Assembly (NCBI GenBank): GCA_051294375.1
Contig: CM119266.1
Location: 17,726,087 to 17,790,086, forward strand
Origin: Paraspadella gotoi
Taxonomy: Eukaryota > Animalia > Chaetognatha
DNA length: 64,000 nucleotides
Direction: 5' to 3'
Part shown: positions 1 through 11,393 of the stretch, piece by piece
How the letters are laid out: the number at the start of each line of letters is the position of its first letter
How positions within the stretch are numbered: the first letter of the stretch is position 1
Translations under genes and position numbers: made by a program
The notes under the pieces: model-generated
The model's input: the letters and a program-made list of their open reading frames with translations, nothing else
Told to the model about the DNA's origin: nothing
Databases searched by the model: none

Positions 1-1265
1 TTCCTCTCTTACTGGATCTTCATGTGCTGGAGGTGCGCCGCCTACCTTGGTCTCGCCGATTGGTGGTCGACCTGGCCTTGGACGACATTCCGTCGCTCCT
101 AGATCGCTCAAGTTGGTCGTCTGGAGGATTATCGGCGGGCGCACGGACTCTCAGACGTCAGCAATTGACCTTCTCTCTCATTGTCAAGAGTTGGAGATTC
201 TCCGCTGGTTCCCGTTTCGAAAGGGCTTGGAAGTCCTTCGTCTCTTTCCTTCAAGGTCGGGACCTTCGAGGAGATCAAGCTTCTGTGAAGGGTGTGCTGG
301 ATTATCACGCCCATCTTAGTGACAACGGATTGTCCTATAGCACCATCTTTTTGCATAGATCGGCGATTTCTGCGACTTTGCCTTTGGTGGGGGGTGCTCC
401 TTTCGGTCAGCACCCATTGGTTTGCCGTCTACTCAAAGGAGTTTTTCAGCTACGGCCTCCTTCGCGCCGGATCACCCAGCTTGGAGTGTGGCTGCGGTTT
501 TGCGCGTTTTTGATGTGATGCCATTTCCGCTATCACCTATGACATTCTACGCAAGACTACGTTTCTTCTTGCTTTGGCTTCCGCCAGGCGACCTTCTGAA
601 TTGGTCTCCTTGCGATGTGGTCCAGACCACATGTTTTTGGTTGAGGATCACATTCGTTTCGTGCCCTCCAGGCTTTCCAAGACGGATCGGATTCGTCATC
701 TTGGCCCTGTTTTTCGTTTGATCGACTGACCGGTTCTGTTCGATGCCCGGTCCTGGCCTTGCATTCCTGGTTGTCCGTCAGACAAGTTCTACGGCCTCAG
801 CACGATTTTCTCTTCTCTTCCCCGCGCCGCCTCATGGACCTTTGTCTCTCCAGCGTTTTTCCGCTCTGATCAAGTCTATCTTTAGAGATGCGGACATTGA
901 CGCGCCTCCTGGATCAACTCGCGCTATGGCAGTTTCAGAGGCCTTCGCTAAAGGAGTGGACTTGGACGTCATTCTTCGTGCTGGAGATTGGTCGGGCGCT
1001 CAGACTTTCTTCCGCTTTTATTGTCGGGAGTCCGGCTTGGGTTTCTCTCAGCGGGGTCTTGTGGATGAGTGATTTCTCTTTCCGATGCATCCTGGAAGAT
1101 GGAGCTGAGAGGAGGAAGAGGAGGAGAGGAGCAGGAGGAGGAGGAGTCTGCTCCTTCTGCTTTTCTCTTTTGTCTTTCTTGTGGACACACGACATCTGGA
1201 ACAAAAGAGCATTGGCGTGGTGGAGAGGAGCCATGAAGAATCCCGGTTCCACTTGGAACCATAAA
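1..1265 (+). mobile_element. Degenerate DIRS-type tyrosine-recombinase retrotransposon, 3' part (frameshifted YR ORF), lying in the last intron of the TP53I3-like gene
   Basis: ORF pieces 24-518 (GLSYSTI..HRSAIS..G.HPLV.RLLKG.F..RPP) and 743-1072 (GSTRAMAVS.A...GV.L..IL.AGDW....TF.RFY) match the N- and C-terminal parts of DIRS integrase-like recombinases. They are split across frames by frameshifts. Confidence 0.8.
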
Positions 1266-1295
1266 TTCTTTTGATTAGTGATTAATCCGTTACAG

Positions 1296-1449
1296 GGCGA
1301 TCATCGACAAGGAGTTTTGTTTGGACGACATCGAAGAAGCTCATAAATACATGGAATCAAACACGAACATCGGAAAAATCGTTTTGTACGTAAAAATTTA
1401 CAAAGTCGCTTTTTTATCGGAAAACGACGACGAAAAAGATGAACTTTAA
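1296..1449 (+). CDS. TP53I3: Last exon of a quinone oxidoreductase, PIG3/TP53I3-like (MDR family)
   Basis: After acceptor tacAG (1295) it reads AIIDKEFCLDDIEEAHKYMESNTNIGKIVLYVKIYKVAFLSENDDEKDEL*. EAHKYME.N.NIGKIVL is the typical C-terminus of PIG3-type enzymes. Not in the ORF track. Upstream exons lie outside the window. Confidence 0.72.
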
Positions 1450-1734
1450 AAAAGAAAGTAAAAAAAGAATCGAGTGTAAAGAAATCCATGCAGGTTATGG
1501 GTTTTTCAACAAAAAAAATTAAACTTGCTTTGTTTTAAAATAAAAAAACGGTACTTATACATGCATAAATATACATATATATGAAAGCAATTTACATCAA
1601 AACAATTTATTCGTTCATTTACAAAAGTACTACTAGTCCCTTTTTCGGCTTTTCTTTTTTGTAACGTGTACGTCGTATCGGCGTGAAATCAGTGCTAAAC
1701 GTTTTTCTCTTATTCGTGATGCTCCTGTATGGAG

Positions 1735-1851
<117 letters not shown>

Positions 1852-2184
1852 TTTCACGCTCAGTAATTATATTCGCTCTTTCTTTCGGTGCGTGGTGTGT
1901 CGTCTTATTGACTCAGTCGCAATAAAACAAAGTTCTGTATAATCGTACTTCATCGATTGTCTTGGGTTCAAAATCTCGATCGTTACGTTCGCTCATTATA
2001 GTCATTAAAAAAGGGTTATACTACAGCGATTAAAATGTTTAATATAGACTTTCCTTGGCCAGTTTTAATTTTTTTTTTTTAATGTTTACAATTTTAGTCT
2101 TCGTGATCGATTTGTTTCGGTTTTTTAACTGAGTTTTAACATCCAGGCAGGTTTTTAACTTCTGCTTAAAAGCAGATTCCGTCT

Positions 2185-2640
2185 TTATTATTCACTTTAT
2201 CGGTCCGTCGGTCCCACCCAAAAATCTTGTCGGTAAATAATTTTTATCGTATCAGAACCTTAAATTATGCAAAAAAAATTATGTCCGTATGTCCATCCCC
2301 CCGTCCGTCCCCCCTTAGCAAAAAAACTCCGTTAACTCGTGATTAGATTGATGGATTGAAATGAAATTTTGTTTGTGGGTAGGGAATTGTGTGATTGAGC
2401 TTGATATAGTTTCGATGGAATCGTGCGAACGGAATTGAGTTTAAATGGGGAAAAAAAAGTCACATTTACTTATCTTTTATATTTTTCCTAATTTGAACCC
2501 AAAATGACTCTAATTAATCATAATTGGATGGATAGATTGAGATGAAATTTTGTGTGGGAAGCTGGATCTAAAGTTTCGATGGAATCGTGAGAGTGGAAAT
2601 TCGTTTTCATGAAAAAAACCAAAGTCAAGTTGACTTAAAA
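2185..2640. repeat. Interspersed-repeat fragment with an internal direct duplication (Helitron/HINE-like style)
   Basis: GTCC microrepeats at 2200-2310. The block 'gatggattgaaatgaaattttg..gtggg...agtttcgatggaatcgtg' occurs at about 2350 and again at about 2527. Family assignment is a guess. Confidence 0.45.
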
Positions 2641-3952
2641 AAATTATGAAGAAGCATAAATAATAAAAATTTAATTAAATAATTAATTAATTAATTAATG
2701 TGAAAAAAGATGCAAAAATTATGAAAGTTGCAAAAATGATGCGAATTTAAAATATGATGCAAATTAAAAAGTTATGCAAGTTAAAAAATAATAATAATTA
2801 AAAATTATTTGTTTGTATTACTGGTTTGGTATGGTACGATTTGTTATGATCAGTTAGGATCAAATATTGAAAGAATTATCGTCATCTGATTAGCTGATTA
2901 CCGCTTAATTATTGTAGGCAGATCCGACATTGTTTGCTCAATCTTGTTAGGTAAATACTGGGATTATGAGCTAAAGTTGAAAAAGTATTTGGCACGATGT
3001 TATCTATATTAAATGGGATATCTTATGTTATTACGGTTCTATTGAAGTTGCCGCTGTTTTCAGATTTTTTTCTAGTTTGTAAATTTTTTTTGGAAAATAA
3101 AAAAAAATGTCTATTTAATCATTTATTTACTATATACCTCTACAAGTTTATTATGTAAAGTTCAAAATTTTAAATAAAAAATGATTTGCTTGGGTGTTAT
3201 TTTATTGCTGGGAATTTTTTTTTTTTTTCAAAGTAAAAGAGAAGACGATAACTGATCAATCATCATTTTCCTGTTGATTTATATCCCTATTAATTTTATT
3301 TTTTGTCTGCTGAGATTCATATGAAATATTGCTTGTCATTTATTATTAATTCTGTAAGTCGTTGATTCTCGATTAAATTTCAGAAAAACATTTTTTACGT
3401 GATCGTTATTTTTATAAAATTTATCTATTCGATCGTAATCAATACTCATTTAAAATATATTTAAAATTGTATCGCAAATCAATGTTGTAAAACCAGTTAA
3501 CTTTCACTTACAAACAGGTATTCTTTTCGCTGGTGCTGCTAATATTTATTAGTACTATGCTATTCATTTTTTCCCACGATATAGAATCGTAGAAATCGTG
3601 CGCTTGCAGCTGATGTATCATTCCAATGATCAATTAAAATTATGTTAATGGTGCTTTTATATTGTTACTTTGTTTTGTTTGATCCCCTATTGTTAAAACA
3701 GATTTTGCCCCGTGAATACGTCTTCGTTGGCTAAGTAAAAAATAACATCTCAAACTAACTACAAAACTCTCGGGACCAAATTATTGTAGTTTACATAATT
3801 AGCTCATTATTACTGTACGAGCTTGAATAATATTCTGACAAAAGGCAATTCGGTGCAGAAACTCCGTTTCTTAACTTAGTAATTTTTCAATTGTTGTAAT
3901 TTAAGTTCAGTTCAAAACAAAAACGCGCCGATCGAATAAACAAAGGGGAAAA

Positions 3953-6900
3953 ATGACGCCTTTGGTCAACCGAATCGCGACGATTTCGTCAGGACTAATT
4001 CGATTCTGCTCCGCCGGCGCCAGACCCAAACTCGACCCCGAATCCACAAAAACTCGACAGCAACACGATTCAGAATCCAGTCCAACTCGACTGCAAGTCG
4101 ATTCCAAACATTCCCCAACTATATTATCTCCCGAGTCGACCGTTCCCGATCTGGATTGGGCCTACCTCCTCGACGCCCGCAACACGGACGCCATCGAAGC
4201 CAATGTTCGGCGCCGCAAAGGAATCGGCGACGTTTGGAAACTCTTGCGTCTCGCGGCGTCGAGAGGCGTCGGCGGCGCCGTCCCCGGCGCCCTAGACGAC
4301 GAGCTTATTCGCGAGGCGCTCCGCATCCCCAATGCGACACACCCCGACGTTCCCGTGGGCGACGAATCCAACGCCCGCGTCGTCAGTCTCCACAATTCTC
4401 CGCCAAATTTCAAGTTCGAAGCTAAAAATCACGTTGAGATCGGGGAGAGGTTGAAGGTGATTAAGGGATGAAGCTGACGTGCCGCGACTGGATTGGATTA
4501 ATTTTGAATCTATTGTTTTTCAATAATTTTAAAAAAGTGAGAACATAGTATTAAAAATCTTAAGCTACTTAAGAATATAAGAGCAAAGAGCAAAGGCGTT
4601 TGTTGTACCATACTCTGAGAAGGTTTTGTATTCGATAAGAAGGCTCACCACTTATAGCAACAGCCGGGTTACCGGTGATGCCCATTGAGATGGGGCATCT
4701 CACTCTTCGCTTTAGGAGCTTACGACCCTCATTGGTGCCGCCTGCCACTGCCACTGTGTTGGCAAAGTGAGACCGTCAGTGGCCAGAGGGAAGTTGTCAG
4801 GACTCTGGTTAGAACGCACGGTTGGAATTTTGCGTTCCCCCTCTGAACCATTGGGATTGGCCGAATGAAGTCAGAGGAGTTGCAGTTTGAATATACCGCC
4901 ACAAAATATTTAAAGATTTTTTTTATCTCAAACTTAAAACAAATTTTATTAAACCAAAAAAAACAATACAGGGGTAGGACCCTATATCGAGACAAAATGT
5001 AACGTCCTGCCCTGAAAGAACGATTTGAGATACAAGAATAAAATGAGTGAAAAAAGTTTTTTCTGCCTTTTTACTTTTATATGAAGAGAAAAGAAGAGAG
5101 AGAGAGAACAAAAGACTCGCTGCAACAAAATAAATTTTTAAACAACTACAAGGCGTTATGGATGTTTTCAAAACAGTCGTTTTTACGCGCGCGCATTGTA
5201 TTGCATACGTTTTTACCCTTTTATTATGCATTCAAAAATCTTACATGCTTAACAGTTAAAATAATGATATTGACGGAATTAAGTTGTCTTAGAATGAGAT
5301 TAAACAAGTTTTCAAATATTTTTTTTCCAAACCGCACGGAGAAAACCGAGCAGTTGTCTTTGCTGCATCAAAAAAAGCATTATATTAAAGAATTTCCTAA
5401 AGATTAATTTATGTCTAAAAGGTAAGAGAGAGTATTATTCAAATATTTATTAAGATTTGAAAAATCATTATGAGTTCTAGAGCAATGATTTTTTAAAATT
5501 TAAAATTTAATCTGGATGTATGGTCCCACCCCTGTATTTAAAAAAAATTTAAAGAAATAATTTGTTTATAAATAAAATATTTGATAATTTACTTCTGTTA
5601 CTACTGTTCCTCTCCTATCTCCTCAAGGGCCTCCGCACGGCACATGTGGGCCGCGCAGCGTCAAAAAAGGGCTACTACCTCATGAATGACTTTGCCCTCC
5701 TCCACCGAGCGCTCGTCAAGCACTCTGTGGATCTCCTTCGCCTCGAAGGCTTCGGTCTCGTCTCGGTCCCTGACGTCATCGACAGCGACGTTGTCCGCGC
5801 CTGCGGATTCGAGACGCACGGCGCAAACCACGCCGTCTTCAAAGTCGACGTCGATGGTGCTGAGCGCTGTCTCAGTGGCACCGCAGAAATGGGTGTGGCC
5901 GCATTGCTGCGGGGCCGAGTCTTTGAAGACGCGGAGCTCCCATTGAAGATCGCCGCCGTCTCTCGCTGCTTCAGGGCGGAGTTGGGCTTTCGCGCCATTG
6001 ATAGAGGCCTCTACCGGGTTCCTTTTTTCGACAAGGTGGGGGAGAGGGGAAGTTCACAATTCTAGTTTATTAACCCTTATTTGATTTTTTTTTGAAAATG
6101 AAGGCAGGGATCAACTGTGATGTCCGGGGCGCGGTAGATTCTCAACGATTATGGCAATCGCCGGGTTGCCTGTGATGCCCATTGGGATGGGGCCTCTCAC
6201 TGTGGGCTTTGGGGGCCTCCGACCCTCAGTGATGCCTCCTGTCACAGGCGCTGTTACCCTAGGATGGTCTCGCTTTATCAACGAAGAGGGAAGTCGTTAG
6301 GGCTGTGAATGGAACGCAACGCCTGAAATTGTGCATCCCCCCCTAGCCAATGGGATTAGCTGAATATACCGCCACCTGATTATCGTTGTGCTCTTCGTAC
6401 TATTAGTGGTCGCTAATACTGGTATGCCGACTGAGCGGAGGCCGTCAGCATTGAATCCGGAGGGTCCGGGGGTTAGCTGAGCGCCGGTTCTCGGGAGATA
6501 CCTCTAATCCCGGACATCACATACGTCCCCCCGTTGCCCCACCACCATAGTATCTGTTATTTATAAGTTCCCCTTTCCCCCCTTCTCAGGTGGAGATGTT
6601 CGTGGTAACACGCGATTCTACCTCCGAAAGCGATGCCGCCCTGGACGATCTCCTTCGCGTACAGACTCGACTCCTCCTCCCCTTCGGCTTCCACTTCCGC
6701 TTTGTCGAGATGCCGACGGAAGAGTTGGGAGCTTCGGCATTTCGCAAGTTCGACACTGAGGCTTGGATCCAGTCGAGGAGCCGCTTCAGCGAGATTGCCT
6801 CCGCCTCCAACTGCACAGATTATCAGGCGCGTCGGTTGGGCCTTCGGCGGAGACTAGCGGACGGCAGCCAGAGAGGCTGTCACACCCTCAACGGCACGGC

Positions 6901-7078
6901 TTGCGCCCTTCCGCGGGTCATGCAAGCGATCATCGAGCACCATCAGACGGAGGAGGGCGACGTGGAGGTGCCTTCCGCGCTGGTTCCGCTTTGTCGAGGG
7001 ATTAGGAAGATGGGGCCTAAGCCTGATTGGCCCGTTTATTATTACTCTGGACATAGAAACGAAGATGGAGAAGAATGA
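3953..7078 (+). CDS. SARS2: Mitochondrial seryl-tRNA synthetase (3 exons)
   Basis: Exons 3953-4456, 5628-6035, 6590-7078, all phase 0. Motifs IPNATHPDVPVG, LSGTAEM, SRCFRAE..RGLYRV...KVEMF, EIASASNCTDYQARRL and HTLNGTACALPR. N-terminus resembles a mitochondrial presequence. Confidence 0.93.
4653..4904 (+). mobile_element. ~230 bp GC-rich interspersed repeat, copy 1
   Basis: tatagcaacagcc...atgcccattg.gatggggcat...ataccgccac is homologous to copies at about 6150, 8410 and 35666. Confidence 0.85.
6116..6521. mobile_element. TG...CA element with 13-bp terminal inverted repeats (solo-LTR-like or MITE), containing a nested copy of the ~230 bp repeat
   Basis: tgtgatgtccggg (6116-6128) is the exact reverse complement of cccggacatcaca (6509-6521). 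No TSD seen. A similar left-end sequence occurs at about 19915. Confidence 0.55.
6150..6375 (+). mobile_element. ~230 bp GC-rich interspersed repeat, copy 2
   Basis: Colinear similarity with 4653-4904 and 35666-35880. Confidence 0.85.
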
Positions 7079-7343
7079 CACTCGTTTGTTTTTATGGTTT
7101 TTTGTGGGTTTTTTTTTGGTTTTTTTTAAAGATTCTAGGATCAGAATCATGGGAAAATTCTTCGACCTTTGACGCTAATTTGTTAGTGCGTTCGTTCTCC
7201 TCTTAGTCATTGTCGGTCGTTAAACTTCGAATTTTTCTGACCCCCGCCCAACCCGCCAAGCTAAGGTGTAGAGATATTGTCGTTGCTCATAAGGCTCTTT
7301 TGCTTCCTCTCATCTCAATAACTTTAAATAAAAACTTTAAAAA

Positions 7344-10300
7344 ATGAACGCAATAAAATCTTTGACTGGAAGTACGATTGTCGCTTCGCCGATGACGCCA
7401 TTTTTGACGCGCTCCCTTCGATCCTTTTTCCGACGCCGGGACGTCGCCAAATTCTCTACGGCGCCGCGTCTTTTCGATCGGAGGTACACGAAGACGCACG
7501 AGTGGATTTCTCAAACGGGAGGAGAGGAGGAGAAGGTGGCGATGCCGAGTGCTTTGAGATTTTGTTAACGTCTTCATCCTTATATTTTTAATGTGACTTA
7601 AAGGTTGGCATCACGACTTACGCCGGGGACGCGTTGGGGGAGATCGTCTACGTGCAGCTGCCGGATATCGGGACAGAGTTGACTCCTGGCTCCGAATGCG
7701 GAGCGGTTGAGAGCGTCAAAGCCGCGACTGACCTCTACTCGCCGGCATCGGGTTAGATCAATGAGTTGAATTCCATATAAGTACATATGACAACATATAA
7801 AATTATTTATTCGGTTAATTAATAAGCTATCTTGTCTCCTGACTTTGTACGGGCTAAGTTAGGTTAAGTTATTGGAGGGAAAATATGACTGACCGCAACT
7901 GGATGGTGGTGGTTGGCGCTTGCCCCAGGGTCGGCGCGACGAAGCCCTCTGTATAATCTGCCACAAAGGCCTCCATTCCACTCAATCAAGACTCACACAC
8001 AGTTTATATTTCAACTCCCAGTTTACTGTCAATGAAATTGTACATATAATTTTTCTAAAAACTGTTTCAATTGCATAAAAAATTGTAGTACTAACTTTCA
8101 TTTAACTTTTCAAGCTCTATAGGAATCCGTTCTTAAAAAATAATTATTTTTTTAAAATTTTGTCATTTGTTATATATTAATAAATATTTAAAAGCTTCAG
8201 TGCAACAACCCAATGTACTAATTCAGAAAGTTACATTGAAAATCGATTTAGTAATAGAAGGGAACAAAAAATGTGTTGAGAGAATTAGAAGTTATAAAAG
8301 TGTTCAATTTTGACCCGCCTTAATGTATTTACGATTTTTATAATGTTCAGGAGTACAAAGTCATAATAATATAAAGTCAGAGATTGTCGATTCAATAATT
8401 AAATAGGCTATTGTGGTGGCTGCCTCACATTCACCATCGTTCAGCCAATCCCATTGGCTCAGAGGGGGAACGCACCATCCAAACCGTTACGTTCCATCCA
8501 CAGTCCTAACGACTTCCCTCTGCGTTGGCAAAGCGAGACCGTCCTAGGGTAACCGCGCCAGTGGCAGGCGGCGCTACTGAAGGTCGGAAGCCCCCATAGC
8601 CAACAGTGAGATGCCCATTGGGCATTGCCCAATGCCCAATCCCAATTAGCATTACAGGCAACCCAGTTGTTGCAAATACTATAGGAGTGGGACTCAGGTT
8701 ATGAATTATATATTAATGGTTACTTCTTTATATTGTTGCATCTTCAGTGATAGTGCTCGCGCTGCCTTTCTAGTTTACCTGAGATTTATTACAATAGCTA
8801 AATAACTAAATACAAATAGAAATATAATTTATCTTTATTGATATAATTATTGTTATTTAATACAAATATTGAACACTTAATACATTGAGCAAGGACTTCA
8901 GAGATATGGGACTCTAACATGAAAGTATTATCTAATTTATCTTGCCCCTGACTTTGCACAGTAAGGCGCAGTGAAAGTTGCAGATCAAAATTTGAATCGT
9001 TAATCATGAACAGTCTTGGATTAAAAAACATTGACATCTGAAAAAAATTTTTTAAAAATTTCTCAATTTTTGCATACGCACTTATTTATATATTAAAGCG
9101 TAGTAAAAATTCTAAATTTAACTTTAATTATAATTCTAAAAGTGAGAAATGAACAACATTATATTAATGAACAATTATGTATAAAAAAATTTTCTAATAA
9201 ATTTTACGTAGTAGGCCATATTTATACTAGTACTAATTCAATAAATGTTAAAATTTCAAAATAGATTTTTGTAAGTTTTTTTGCAAAGTTGGATTCGTCA
9301 TGAAAAGTTGATATAAAAAAATATAACTCTTTTTTATATTGTGATTAAACTTTCCTTCGTTGTGTTTTAGATATTTGAAATTAAAGACAAAGTCTTGATA
9401 CAGCAACGATTTTATTTTTATTGTACAGACAAGTTTCGGCTTTCATTCAAGCCTTCATCAGTGCTTCTGGTGAAGGCTTGAATGAAAGCCAAAACTTGTC
9501 TGTACAATAAAAATAAAATCGTTGCTGTATCAAGACTTTCTTTAATTTCAAATAACTCTTTTTTAAAAATTTTTTCATTAAGTTGATCAAATATAAAAAA
9601 CCTATATTTTAAACTGAAAATAAAAATTTTATATATTAAATATAGTTTTTGTAATTTTTAACCCACGTCATGAAAGAATTTTTAAAAATGATTTATATTT
9701 TCTTTTATCAACTTTTGACGAGGAATTCAAATCTGCAATCAAAATTAAGAAAAGTCTATTTTAAAATTTTTCGATTTTATAAGGATAGTACTATATATAA
9801 AATAGCCTACTGCGAAAATTAAAAAACATAAAATAAATTTTTTTTACAAATTAATGTTCACTGATGGTATGTTGTTCATAATTGACATTTAAAATTTTCG
9901 TATGTAACTTTCACTACGATAGTACTTACCATAGAAAATATTAAAATTTTAAAATAATATTTTCTTAGTTTTGAAAGCAGATTGGAATTCCTCATAAAAA
10001 GTTGATAAAATAAAATATAAGTCTTAATCATAGTAAAACACAGCAAAACAGAAAGGATTTACACATAAAGTCTTAATCAAAAATTCTTTCATTAAGTTAG
10101 CCAAAAATTTAAAAAAATATATTTTTATACTACAATTTAATTATAGGTTAATAATAATAGTTTTTTAGGATTTTGATCCACTTAATTCAATATTTTTTTA
10201 AAAAGTTATATTTCCTTTGATCAACTTTTCGTGACGAATTCGAATCTGCTTTAAAAAAAAAAAAAATTTTCAAATTTTAACATTTTCTATGGTGAGTACT

Positions 10301-10691
10301 ATGTATAAATATGGGCGTATGCGAAAATTTAAAAGAAAAATTTTTTTAAAAAATTTTTTTTATTTAATAATGTTCACAGGTACAGGTTCGTGATCGATTC
10401 GAATTTTGATTCTACTTGATTTTAATATTTTTGCTACGCTTTATTGCACAGGCTATGGTGGGTTTTATCATAGTACATGGTACTGTATCATAGTTTCATA
10501 GTATTAAATGTTTTCTAGGCATAGTGACTGTGATCAACGACGAACTGGGGAAAACTCCTTCTCACATCAACTCATCTCCTTACGAAAAGGGATGGATCTT
10601 TAAGCTGAAGCTTTCAAAGTCGAAAGAGTTGGACCAGTTGATGACCGAAGATGAATACAAAAAATTCTTGGAAATAGAACATCCGCTTTGA
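7344..10691 (+). CDS. GCSH: Glycine cleavage system H protein, mitochondrial (3 exons)
   Basis: Exons 7344 (or ATG 7392)-7535, 7604-7751, 10519-10691. Reads [26 protein letters not shown], lipoyl motif [27 protein letters not shown]. Confidence 0.93.
8410..8683 (-). mobile_element. ~230 bp GC-rich interspersed repeat, copy 3 (antisense)
   Basis: Reverse complement aligns with copies 1, 2 and 4 (gccaatgggattggctgaa; agagggaagtcgttaggactg). Confidence 0.8.
9337..9551. mobile_element. Penelope-like palindromic remnant with hammerhead core, flanked by a 14-bp TSD
   Basis: Near-perfect ~180 bp palindrome (about 9372-9554). Direct repeat ataactctttttta at 9323-9336 and 9552-9565. Confidence 0.7.
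9428..9461 (-). ncRNA. Minimal hammerhead ribozyme core
   Basis: Minus strand reads CUGAUGA-A-GGCUU(GAAUGA)AAGCC-GAAA-C-UU-GUC, giving a conserved core, a 5-bp helix II, a minimal helix III and a GUC triplet. Helix I is only about 3 bp. Confidence 0.65.
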
Positions 10692-11393
10692 GTCTCTCTT
10701 TCTCTCCTTCTCCTGTGCCAAATAACTTGAGCATTGTGATATTTTTTTTAATCGATTTTTCGAAAGTAGAGCGAAGTCTTATTCTTATTATGGCTCACAT
10801 TTCTTTTTCTTGTTCGCCATTTTATTCTCGTTTTAAAAAGCTTCATCGAAATTCCTATGATATACGATTCACTCATCGCTTTACCATTTTATTTTACAAG
10901 GTTTAGCAGCTGGCCTGCCGTCACAGCGGCCCATGAAGCCCGTGATTGGGCGACTTATGCGTGACAACAAAAAACCGGAATGCTGAAATTTTAAAAAAAT
11001 CTAGACTTTTAAATGAAAAAGAATTTTAGCGACGCAGCTGGCCTGCTTGCTTCACCATAGAAGTAAAAGAAGCATATCACTTCGATGCATTCAGTTTGTA
11101 GTGTAATTTAAAGTCACGGTTAATTAAAAATTATTAAGAAAAATTGTTGAATAAGGAACTCTGCTTCAAATCATTTTCTCCTTGCCACTCAAATTTCCAT
11201 CCGGAGACACCTCTCGTCATCCCACGCCTTCTTCTCGCCATTCTACGCCGTCTTCTTGCCCGATGCCCTAATTGCAAAAGATGAGACATTATTCTCATCT
11301 CAACCGCGGGTGATCTCGTTCGGGAGGGAATTTGCCAACGATAAATTGCCGATAGATAATCGGGCTTGCAACGACATTGACTACGTGGACGCA

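Larger units (their letters stand above)
9055..10445. mobile_element. AT-rich foldback/MITE-like region made of alternating inverted units
   Basis: The unit at about 9190-9330 is inverted at about 9700-9830, repeated forward at about 9915-10025 and inverted again at about 10200-10335. 9066-9090 is also inverted at about 10305-10330. Confidence 0.6.

Noticed and set aside
7900-7950. Minus-strand ggc-ttcgtcgc-gcc..gg motif reminiscent of an HDV-like ribozyme P3/L3
   Set aside because: I could not find matching P1 or P2 strands.
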